The position numbers and the translations under genes were made by a program. 36,566 nt of DNA from the NCBI RefSeq assembly GCF_001194135.2, contig NC_068981.1, positions 136,693,420-136,729,985 of the forward strand, written 5' to 3'. This document shows positions 10,418 to 20,320 of this stretch, piece after piece (position 1 is the stretch's first letter; each line of letters starts with the position of its first letter). Origin of the DNA: Octopus bimaculoides. Lineage: Eukaryota. The notes under the pieces are model-generated. The model was not told the DNA's origin and ran no database searches. It saw only the letters and a program-made list of their open reading frames with translations.

Positions 10418-10875
10418 TCATCATAACCATCATCATTGTCTTTTAATGGCCATTTTCCATGCTGGCATGGGTTGGACAGTTTGACAGGAGCTGGCCAGTT
10501 GGAGAGCTGCACCAGGTTCTGACGATCTGTTTTGGTATGATGTCTATGCCTGGATGCCCTTCCTAATGCCAACCACTTTACAGCATGTAGTGGGTGCTTT
10601 TTATGTGGCACCAGTGCTATTATATGACATCACCACAGGTGCTTTAGACTTGACACCACCACGGGTACTTTATATGTGACACTGGCACAGGTGCTTTTTA
10701 TGTGGTACCAGCATGGTTACTTCTCATATGTGGCACCAGAACAGATGCTTTTCACATGGCACCAGCATAGGTGCATTTCACATGGTACCAACACAAGAGC
10801 ATTTCACATGGCACCAGCACAGGTACATTTTTTATGGAACTGGCATGAGTGTGTTTTACTTGGTGGCACCAACAC
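10418..10875 (-). mobile_element. RTE-type LINE 3' end, variant B, with an array of about 26-bp units
   Basis: (CAT)n..TTTAATGGCCATTTTCCATGCTGGCATGGGTTGGAC; about 11 units of GGTGCTTTTCACATGGCACCAGCACA-like sequence at 10585-10875. Confidence 0.75.
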
Positions 10876-11249
10876 CTTCCACCATTACAATTCTCTTGAC
10901 CACTTCTATCTTTTCCTTGAATCCATATAAGAAAAAAATATGCAACCTCAAAGTATGGTCGTATAAACACATGTGATAATCAATGCATTCTGGATAGCTG
11001 AGCATTGTGGGTGGTTGCTGGGCTACATTTTTGCAGTATGAGCAAAATCTTTAAGTGATCGCAGACCTAATTTAGCACAGACCAATCCATGATACTGCAT
11101 AAGACATGCTTTACAACTGAACATACTGTGTTATCCTGAACCTGTAATGAACTAATTAATGGTGAATGAGGTTACATGTATCATGTTTCCCATGGTTGTT
11201 GATGCTATTCTTTAGTCAAGGTTGTAGTGTTAACCAAATGACATATTAA

Positions 11250-11355
11250 ATCTATAGCCCAAGCAGGTCACAGGTGGGATTTGAACTCATAATGTAAAGA
11301 GTTATAACAAATACTGCAAAGCATCACCTCTGATCCTCTAACATTTCCATTAGTC
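11250..11355 (-). mobile_element. Degraded SINE family E head
   Basis: GGGATTTGAACTCATAATGTAAAGAG..CAAAGCAT. Confidence 0.45.
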
Positions 11356-11361
11356 TGTCAT

Positions 11362-13001
11362 GCCGGCATGGCTGTGTGGTTAAGATGATTGCTTTGCAAC
11401 TACAGTTTTAGATTCAGTGCCAATGCACAGCAGCTTGAGCAAGTGTCTTCTACTATAGTCATGGACTGACCAATGCCTTGTGAGTGAATTTAGGAGATAG
11501 AAACTGTGTGGAAGCTCACTGCATGTGTGTGTGTGTTTTCTTTTTTACATATATGTATATATTAGCTGGTGTACCCGGTAATTCCCGGGGGTAAATATGT
11601 TCTATTGAAACACCTTTATTATTCATGGTAAAACAAAAGCAATATCGTTATAACTTCCACAAAAGGTGTATTTTCCATCACGAAAAAGTACAAACAATTG
11701 TCAGCTGGAGGAGGGAGAGATTGTTGAAGGTTGGCGAGAAAGATTGTTGGATGTTGATGAGAGAGGTTAGCGGAGGTTGGCGAGAGGCAAAGACATTATT
11801 CTGCTTAGTGAAGGCATCTGGGAAATATATAACTGCTGTCATTCACAGAAAAGCTATTGTTTTACCATGAGAAAAGTGCTGTTGAAATGTTAAGTGAAAT
11901 TTGGCAATCGAGGATCGAATCCATGCTATGTCTGCATGAAGCAAACCAATATGTTGTGGAATACTGTCATGGAAAAAGCGTAACTGTAAAAATGGGCATT
12001 CAAAACGTATGTATGTATAGAAATGTATGAATGAAGTCTTTAATGTTTAAGATTCAAATTAAAGAAGTGCAATAATAATGTTTACAGTTCAAGACAGTGA
12101 GAAGTAAAATGCAGAATTAGGTTGGCTGATTCTGAGAATCAAATATTGATCGCTTCGCCAAAATCTGCAGGTGGTATGGGCTTTTTCCTTTGGGTTGTTT
12201 AAATAAAATATTAGTAATATGTAGTAGATAGAAGGATCCATTGGAAGGGCCCTATAATCGATTTATTTTTTTCAACAATCTAAGTATGTCACAAGGTTTC
12301 CAGACATGAGTTCTACTCAATGTCAAATAAAGTATAAAAGTGATATTGTCTGCAAAAATTAGAAATAGGACACACAAAAAAATCTATTCAAAGTAATCGA
12401 ACATAAACAATGAAATGGGTTATTTCCCTTGAGTGCTTAAAAAAATATTGTACAGGTGCTATGGGTTATTTCCCTTGGGTGTTTAAAAAAAATTAGTTAT
12501 ATGTGGTAGATATAAAGGTCTCTTCTAGGAGCCATATTATCGATTTTTTCAACAATCTAAGTATATCATGAGGTTTCCAGATATGAGTTCTACCCACGTG
12601 TCAAGATTCATCAAAATCAATAAAACGATGTAGGAGAAGTTAGTTAACAATGCCACAAACAAACACACACCGATTTTCCACATATGTAGTAGGTATGTGT
12701 GTGTGTTTTCTTTTTTACATATATGTATATATACATGTGTGTGTGTTTTCCTTTTTACATATATATATATGAATATGTGTGTGTGTCTTTGTGTTTGTCC
12801 CCTCCCACCACTTGATAACCAATGTTGGTTTATTTATTCCTTTATGTTTGCCGCATAACTTAATGCTTTAGCAAAAGAGATTGACAGAATAAGTACTGGA
12901 ACTAAAAATAAATACTGGGGTGAATTGCTCCACTAAACCCTTTAAGGCAGTGCTCCAGCATGGCCACAGACCAATGACAGAAACAAGTAAAAGGTAAAAG
13001 A
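11362..13001 (+). mobile_element. SINE family A split in two (11362-11561 and 12694-13001) by a Helitron
   Basis: Head and central domain lie left of the insert; 3' module ending GAAACAAGTAAAAGGTAAAAGA lies right of it. Confidence 0.8.
11562..12693 (-). mobile_element. Non-autonomous Helitron (Lep1/HINE-like), about 1.13 kb
   Basis: Minus strand: A|CC 5' end (canonical TC, one transition), 3' CTAA|T end (CTRR), CCCGG-6nt-CCGGG hairpin at 11574-11589 just inside the 3' end, CACAAACAAACACAC near the other end, inserted between A and T. Confidence 0.7.
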
Positions 13002-13051
13002 CATATTGAATGATCCTGAAAGAATGAAAGGCAAAGACAACTTATCACAGT

Positions 13052-13264
13052 TCTTTTATTCTTTTTTCTTTTACTAGTTTCAGTCATTTGACTGTGGCCA
13101 TGCTGGAGCACCACCTTTAGTCAAACAAATCGACAAAGGACTTATTCTTTGTAAGCCTAGTATTTATTCTATCAGTCTCTTTTGCTAAGTAATGGAGACG
13201 TAAGCACACCAATATTGGTTAAGTGATGGTGGGGGAGACAAACACAGACACACACACACACACA

Positions 13265-13310
<46 letters not shown>

Positions 13311-13459
13311 ATGGGCTTCTTTCAGTTTCTGTCTACCAAATCCACTCATAAAGCCTTGGTCGGCCCGAGGCTATAGGAGAAGACACTTGCTCAAGGTGCC
13401 ATGCAGTGGGACTGAACCCAGAGCCATATGGTTGGTAAGCAAGCTACTTACCACACGGT
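13052..13459 (-). mobile_element. SINE family A, full length
   Basis: Head with B box, central domain, internal (CA)(TA)(CA) microsatellite, 3' module and (TCTTTT)n tail all present. Confidence 0.9.
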
Positions 13460-13709
13460 TGGCAAAAAATGATTTACCAAAAATCTAAGAGACAGAAGTC
13501 ATCAATAATTGACTATAATTACCATTCATATGTAAAAAGTATAAAAATTCCAATTTTAATTAGTGTGTGTATATGAAGGACCAGGGTAACATGATCAAAT
13601 ATATANNNNNNNNNNNNNNNNNNNNNNNNNNNNNNNNNNNNNNNNNNNNNNNNNNNNNNNNNNNNNNNNNNNNNNNNNNNNNNNNNNNNNNNNNNNNNNN
13701 NNNNNNNNN

Positions 13710-14139
13710 GGCACAAGGCCCGAAATTTTGGGGGAGGAGACCAGTCGATTAGATTGACCCCAGTACACAACTGATACTTAATTTATCGACCCTGAAAGGA
13801 TGAAAGGCAAAGTCAACCTCAACGGAATTTGAACTCAGAATGTAAAGACAGACGAAATACCGCTAACCATTTTGCCCGGCGTGCTAACGTTTCTGCCAGC
13901 TCGCCACCTTTGTAAATAAATAGATTCTTTTCTAATCTAGACACAAGCTCTGAAATTTGTGGGGAGGGGGCCAGTCGATTAGATCAACCCCAGTACACAA
14001 CTGGTATTTAATTTATTGACCACGAAAGGTTGAAAGGCAAAGTTGATCTTGGAGGAACTTGAACACAGAATGTAAAGACAGATGAAATGCCTCTAAGCAT
14101 TTTGCTGGTGTTCTAACAATTCCGCCAGCTTGCTGCCTT
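13710..14139 (-). mobile_element. Two head-to-tail SINE family E copies (13710-13911 and 13922-14139)
   Basis: Both show GCACAAG..GAAATTT..CCAGTCGATTAGAT..CCCCAGTACACAACTG..GAAAGG.TGAAAGGCAAAGT..TTGAAC.CAGAATGTAAAGACAG. Confidence 0.9.
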
Positions 14140-14350
14140 AATACATTCGAATATATATCAATGTATCTCAAGTGTTATGCTATTTCTTTGTATTAAACAA
14201 TGGTGTGTTATCTTTGATACCTTAGTGTGCAGTTTTAATCTAAATAGAAAGATTTCCTTTCATAGACGCAACAAAGTAACAACAAATAGATGCTTAATCT
14301 CAGAAAAGAAAAGCTTAGCTTTCAACCAATGATTTATCTGCATATCTGTA

Positions 14351-14507
14351 TGCACATGCAAACATGTCTGTGTGTGCATGTAAACATGTCTGAATGCATG
14401 TATGTGCAGCTGTGTGCACATGTAAACATGTCTGTGTGTGCATGTAAGCATGTCTGAATACATGTATGTGCAGCTGTGTGCACATGTAAACATGTCTGAA
14501 TGCATGT
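14351..14507. repeat. 64-bp higher-order minisatellite, about 2.4 copies
   Basis: TGCACATG starts at 14351, 14415 and 14479; built from CATGTAAACATGTCTG subunits. Confidence 0.85.
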
Positions 14508-14814
14508 TTAGCATTATACGTGTACAAATATAAATGTATAATAGTAATAAAATGTATCAGAGAACGACAAATGTACATATCGAAAATGGGAAAGAATACA
14601 CGCAGTGGATGTGGACAAGCTCAATCCTTCATCACTTATCAACCAAACATCATCACCGTTTTGATGGATTGGCTATATTATTGGTGTTGACTACAAGGCT
14701 TATTGCTTTTTGGATTTTAAACACTCCTGAAATAAGACTTGGTTTTCTAATTGTTCTAGTGCTGAACAACAAAGAAACAACCAAAAAGGGGAAGGAAGAA
14801 AGGAAGGAAGGAAG

Positions 14815-14820
14815 TATAGA

Positions 14821-14890
<70 letters not shown>

Positions 14891-15059
14891 CATAGATAGA
14901 TAGACGTATAGATACACAGATAAATAGACGGATAGATACATAGATAGATAGATGGATAGATACATAGAGAGATGGATAGATACATAGATAGATAGACGGA
15001 TAGATACATAAACAGATAGATAGATAGACAGATAGATACATAAACAGATAGATACATAA

Positions 15060-15092
<33 letters not shown>

Positions 15093-15105
15093 TAGATAGA
15101 TTGAT
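14815..15105. repeat. Compound (GATA)n/(GACA)n tetranucleotide repeat
   Basis: Direct reading. Confidence 0.95.
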
Positions 15106-15107
15106 AA

Positions 15108-15266
15108 GAACTTCTTGCATCTACTAAATCCACTCATTAGGCTTTGGTTAGCTTCAGGTGGCTATAAATAGAAGACACTTACCGAAGGTACCATATAGTG
15201 TAACTGAACTCAAAACCATCTACTTGGGAAGTAAACTTCTTAACCACACAACCATGCGTGCACCTC
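15108..15266 (-). mobile_element. SINE family A, 5' half
   Basis: TCTACTAAATCCACTCATTAGGCTTTGG..TAGAAGACACTT..ACTGAAC..CTTCTTAACCACACAACCATGC. Confidence 0.75.
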
Positions 15267-15685
15267 TTAAAACTACTGACCATATATTTGCCACGAAAGT
15301 GTAGTGTGTGTGTGTAGAGCATAGTCACCAAGAGATTAAGAATTCATATCTAGAGATTTTGTCAAGGAAGCCTTATACAACAGCAGCTGCATTGATCAGC
15401 AGAAATAAGATAACACATTTATAGTTACAATAAACACATAAGTATTGTACATGCACAAGCATACACACATGAATGTGTACAGAAAAACATACATAAATAT
15501 ATACATGAAAAATAATGTATTTGTTTTCATGAAAACCACAGTAAAGACATTCAGCTAAGTTTAAGCAAATCCAGAGGATACTAAATTATATATATAGCTG
15601 CCAATACCAAATTATGTTAGCTGTGAAAAGTAAGGTTTATTGCATTACTGAATGTAATATACAAGCCTAATGGATAAAAATGATG

Positions 15686-15691
15686 TGTGTG

Positions 15692-15756
<65 letters not shown>

Positions 15757-15776
15757 ATGTGTGTATNNNNNNNNNN

Positions 15777-15834
<58 letters not shown>

Positions 15835-16163
15835 TGTGTGTGCGTGTATCTGTATATATGTGTGTGTACGTATATGTGAATATGTATATCTGTATATAAT
15901 CATGACGTGTGTATTTTGTGTGCATGCATGCATGTGGGTGCATGTGTATATGTATGTATATCTATATATATTTATGTGTTTGTGCCTTTGTGTGTATGTA
16001 TCTATGATATGTTATATACACACAAATTTACATAGAGAGACAGACAGCTGCATACACATATATATATACACACATTCATTCATACAAAATACACATACAC
16101 ACATGTGTGTATGTTTGTGTTATACACACAGATTTACATAGAGAGACAGACAGGTGCATGTAG

Positions 16164-16211
<48 letters not shown>

Positions 16212-16258
16212 TCACTCATACAAAATACAAATACACACATGCTTGTATGTGTGTGTAT

Positions 16259-16294
<36 letters not shown>

Positions 16295-16300
16295 CGTGAG
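15686..16300. repeat. (TA)n/(GT)n microsatellite complex containing a diverged duplication
   Basis: Direct reading; ATTTACATAGAGAGACAGACAG occurs at about 16027 and 16132. Confidence 0.9.
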
Positions 16301-16411
16301 TGTGTGAAAGTATGTATAAAGTTATGCATATAAATGTCAAATTCAAAGAAGCAACATTGGTTTTTATTGCCTATAAATTGGAACTATTCGATTACAAACT
16401 CTGTGCTGCTC

Positions 16412-16995
16412 TTTTCATCTTTTCTTTTATTCTTTTGGTGTTTTCACTCATCGGACTCTGGCCAAACTGGAGCACCACTTTCAAGTGCTTAAATGATCAA
16501 ATCAACTCCCAATACATACTTTTACTTACATCTAATATGGTACTTATTCTATTGATAACCTTTTGTTGAATCATTAAATTACAGGGACATAAACAAACCA
16601 CCACCAGGTATCAAGAGGTGAGAAATATGCACAATGGAGCACACACACACACGCAATCATCATCACCACCACCACTTTCCATTATCTCGTAGTCTGGACA
16701 AAATTTGTTGAGGCTAGATAAAGTAATATTTCTTTACGACCAAACATGTCTTCAAAGACAGGACATGAAAAACACTGCTTGCAGAACAGAGACAAACACA
16801 CACACACACACACATATAGACAGTAGATACAACAGGCTTTTTTCAGTTTCTGTTAATCAAATCCTATCACAATGCTTTGGTCGACCTGGGGGCCATAGTA
16901 GAAGACATTTGCCCAAAGAAAGGTGCTACACAGTGGGATTGAACCCGAAACCATGTAGCTGGAAAGCACACTTCTGATCACACAACCACTCTTGA
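16412..16995 (-). mobile_element. SINE family A with extra sequence (LINE variant C-like fragment) in its microsatellite linker
   Basis: 3' module at 16412-16625, head at 16785-16995; GACAAAATTTGTTGAGGC in between matches the reverse of about 9035-9052. Confidence 0.6.
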
Positions 16996-17131
16996 CATTA
17001 GAAAGGGCATCCAACTGGAAAAACCATGCTAAAGCAGACAGTGCAGCTTGGTGCAGCCCTCAGACTTACCAGCTCCTGTCAAACCGCCTGAGCCATGCTA
17101 GCATGGATGATGGACATTAAATGATGATGAC
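16990..17131 (+). mobile_element. RTE-type LINE 3' end, variant B
   Basis: AGAAAGGGCATCCAACTG..CCAGCTCCTGTCAAACCG..CCATGCTAGCATGG..GGACATTAAATGATGATGAC. Confidence 0.7.
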
Positions 17132-17136
17132 AATTA

Positions 17137-17234
17137 TTGCTCAAGAATACGACATAGAGACTGGTCCAAAATTCGAACTCACTACCTCATGATTGTGAGC
17201 TCAACAGTCAAACCACTGAACCATGCACCTTCAC
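17137..17234 (-). mobile_element. SINE family B head, inverted
   Basis: Reverse complement of the 17246-17345 head. Confidence 0.75.
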
Positions 17235-17245
17235 TTTATATGTGT

Positions 17246-17584
17246 GTGAAGGTGCATGGCTCAGTGGTTAGAGCATTGAGCTTACGATCGTGAGGTTGTG
17301 AGTTCGAATCCCTGACCAAGCTGCGTGTTGTGTTCTTGAGCAAGACACTTTATTTCACGTTGCTCCATTTCACTCAGCTGTAGAAATGAGTTGCAACATC
17401 ACTGGTGCCAAGCTGTATCAGCCCTTGCCTTTCCCTTGAATAACATCGGTGGCATGGAGAGGGGAGGCTGCTATACATGGGCAACTGTTGGCCTTTCATA
17501 AACAACCTTACCTGGACTTGTGCTTGGAAAGGTAACTTTCTAGGTGCAATCCCATGGTCAGTCATGACCGAAGGGAGCCTCAGC
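17246..17584 (+). mobile_element. SINE family B (tRNA head plus CORE-like domain), full length
   Basis: A box TGGCTCAGTGG, B box GAGTTCGAATCCC; CTTGAGCAAGACACTT..CAGCTGTAGAAATGAG resembles the CORE domain; homologous to 21622-21962. Confidence 0.85.
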
Positions 17585-17613
17585 ATATATATATATATAT
17601 ATATATATATATC

Positions 17614-17645
<32 letters not shown>

Positions 17646-17654
17646 TACACACAC

Positions 17655-17805
17655 ACACAGGGCTTCTGCTAAGCTACCATCTATTAAATTCACTCGCTGC
17701 CTTCATTGGTTAGCCCTGGACTGTCATAGACAATACTTGCCCAAGAATCTGCCACAGTGAGATGGTTGCAAATCAAACTTCATAACCATACAATTATGAC
17801 TGCGC
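17655..17805 (-). mobile_element. Degraded SINE family A head
   Basis: GGGCTTCT..AAATTCACTC..ATACTTGCCCAAG. Confidence 0.55.
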
Positions 17806-18019
17806 CGATAATATAAATAAAATTGTGCCTAATGTGTTTTTATTACAATGACGACAAGGTCAGGTTTAGAAGAGATAATTAATCTGAATGTGGGAGGATT
17901 CATAAAAGTTAAGTTCGCTGATTCTATAATTGGTTTTGCTTCTGATTTTCAATTTTAATCTCACCCTATACTGATAACTTCTAATTCTAGAATAATTTGG
18001 ACACACCTCTTTCTCTTTC

Positions 18020-18164
18020 ATGCTATCATATACATGTATTATGTATAAACACACACACAAGTTTATATATATATACCTACGCATATATACATAAACATAT
18101 GCATTCGTCTATACACACACATATATATGTATATATACATGCATACACACAAGTTTATACTTCT

Positions 18165-18199
<35 letters not shown>

Positions 18200-18540
18200 C
18201 CAACACATATATATACATATAAACATGTATTTATCTGTACGTACAGACACACACATACATATAAACATATGCATTTATCTATATATACACACACACATAC
18301 ACACACACACATACATACATACACACTCACTCACTCATTCATTCACACACTCATTCACACACACAAATAGATATACACAAATATGCATATACAGAAAGTC
18401 CTGCAGATATCTATCTATCTATCTACATGTGTGTGTACACACACGCAAACAAAGCATATATATGCATATACATACACATACATGCCTACACACATACATA
18501 TACATACAAAGACAGACAGACAGACAGGCAGGCAGGCAGA
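18020..18540. repeat. (AC/AT)-rich low-complexity tract
   Basis: Direct reading. Confidence 0.9.
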
Positions 18541-19056
18541 AACTGGAAGAGGTATATAAACTGTAAAGAAAAACTATCAAAGTTGAGAAGACAGAAAGAA
18601 AAATATTCTCTGCACAATTGACATGATGCTGTCATGCTTGTTTCACTTCTATCATTCACAGATGCTATTTCTAAAACATAATTACATATATATAGTTTGC
18701 TCTAATGTATCCTTTTTATTTTTATCTTTACCAGGAGTGTGTATAACTGACTACTAACTATGGAAGATGCTTCATTGTGACTGTTTAGAGTTATCGAAAG
18801 TGAAAAGACTTGAAATGCAATAACATGACAGCTCAATGTAAAGTCTAAGCTTAAGGTGAGACAGATTTTAGGTGATAGCATCTTTTAAACAGTCACGACT
18901 GATATTTCAAATTATTGCCGGTGAGATAAAAACGAAGCCATAAATGTTAACAGGTGAGGTTTTTGTGTTCAAACTATTTTGTAACTTGGAATTAAAAGCC
19001 AGATTTCTCAAGATGGATGTGAAGGAAAATACTGAGGATCAGATCAAATATATGCA

Positions 19057-19440
19057 CAGGTGTGGCTGTGTGGTAAGAAGCTTGCTTCCTGACCATATGG
19101 TCTTTGGTTCAGTCCCACTGTATGGTACCTTGGGCAAGTGTCTTCTTCTAACTAGCCTCAGGCTGGCCAAAGCCTTGTGAGTGGATTTGGTAGATGGAAA
19201 CTGAAAGAAGCCTGTTGTGTATATATTTATNNNNNNNNNNTTAAACGATGATGATGATGATGATATCATCATCATCATCATCATCATCGTCGTTTAACGT
19301 CTGCTTTCCATGCTAGCAGCGGTTTGGCAAAAGTGACTGTTATAATAAGTACTAGGCTTACAAAGAATAAGTCCTGGGGTTGATTTGTTCAACTAAAACC
19401 TGTTAAGGCAGTGATCTAGCATGGTCACAGTCAGATGAGA
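19057..19440 (+). mobile_element. SINE family A interrupted by LINE tails and a 10-N gap
   Basis: Head and central domain at 19057-19230; 3' module resumes at about 19321 (GGTTTGGCAAAAG..AATAAGTACTAGGCTTACAAAGAATAAGTCCTGGGG). Confidence 0.8.
19241..19320. mobile_element. Two RTE-type LINE 3' tails joined tail to tail
   Basis: TTAAAC(GAT)6|(ATC)8 GTC GTTTAACGTCTGCTTTCCATGCTAGC. Confidence 0.75.
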
Positions 19441-19531
19441 ACAACTTGTCTCTTTAGACTTTGTGCGTAAAAAGAACAACAACTCTGATGTTAGCAGACT
19501 ATCAGACACTGGTGTTTTGGATTAATTTTAC

Positions 19532-19589
19532 CTCTTTAGTAACAGATACTGCTTCAGTCTTTTGGGGCTGTTCCTATACAGAAATCCAC
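19532..19589 (-). CDS. Candidate coding exon, phase 1-2, (G)GFLYRNSPKRLKQYLLLK(R/S)
   Basis: Acceptor AAATGTTTTGTAG, donor GAG|GTAAAA, 58 bp, one frame open. Confidence 0.25.
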
Positions 19590-20003
19590 CTACAAAACAT
19601 TTGCTGATGTGTGCTGACGTTTGCCAAGCTGGAGTTAAATCAGTGTGTGTTCATGAAGCAACAACAATCAAAATAATGTTGTGTTCATTTATTTATAACA
19701 TATTCCTGCACACTTAAATGTGCTAGGTGCTTGCTGTAGAATTTTGTCATGAAGAACAATTTCTCTCAAGAAACTCCTAATGACATCAGCAGACTATCAG
19801 ACTCTGGTGTTTCAGCTATATCTTGAAACTGAGATCAGCATTATTCCTTGATGGTTGGAGATTCTAAAGGAATCTGAGCTGATGTTCATGCTACATTGAC
19901 AATAAAATGTTATCCCCCTCCCTATTTATGAAGAATATTAATCTAAGGTGAGAAGATACTATATTCCATAATCATTATACTTTTTATTACAAGTATTACT
20001 TTT

Positions 20004-20320
20004 GCAGGCATGAATGTGTGATTAAGTTTGCTTCACAATCATGCGACTCCAGGGTTGACACAATGAGTGACACATTGAACAAGTCTTTTAATATTATAGT
20101 CTCGAATAAACTCAATTATGAGTGAATATGAATAAACAAAAAGATGCAGGCATGGTTGGGTGGTTAACAAATTCACTTTGCAACCATGTGTTTCAGGTTC
20201 AATCTTACTGCACGACATCTTGCGTATCTATCTTCTACTGTTGTCCTAGGCCAAACAAAGCCTTATGAGGGACATTTAGTTGATGGAAGTGCAGGGAGTT
20301 CATTGTTTGCACATGCATGT
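20004..20320 (+). mobile_element. Two tandem degraded SINE family A heads
   Basis: GCAGGCATG..GTG.TTAA at 20004 and 20146; second copy has AGGTTCAATCTTACTG..CTTCTACT..CAAAGCCTTATGAG. Confidence 0.55.

Noticed and set aside
10585-10875. Regularly spaced repeats resembling a CRISPR array
   Set aside because: Units are contiguous and degenerate with no unique spacers, no cas genes, eukaryotic context; they derive from a LINE UTR motif
11800-11900. FSHG peptide inside the Helitron, reminiscent of the PIF1 helicase motif FSHGQLYVA
   Set aside because: Only four residues match and the flanking helicase motifs are absent
14575-14730. Possible minus-strand exons PIHQNGDDVWLISDEG.. or GVFKIQKAISLVVNT..
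   Set aside because: Two incompatible readings, each with one weak splice site
17246-17330. tRNA gene-like A and B boxes (also at other SINE heads)
   Set aside because: They continue into SINE bodies and lack a full cloverleaf, so they are SINE heads rather than tRNA genes
14653-18621. ORFs rich in YI, CV, HT or SIYL repeats
   Set aside because: Translations of dinucleotide and tetranucleotide repeats
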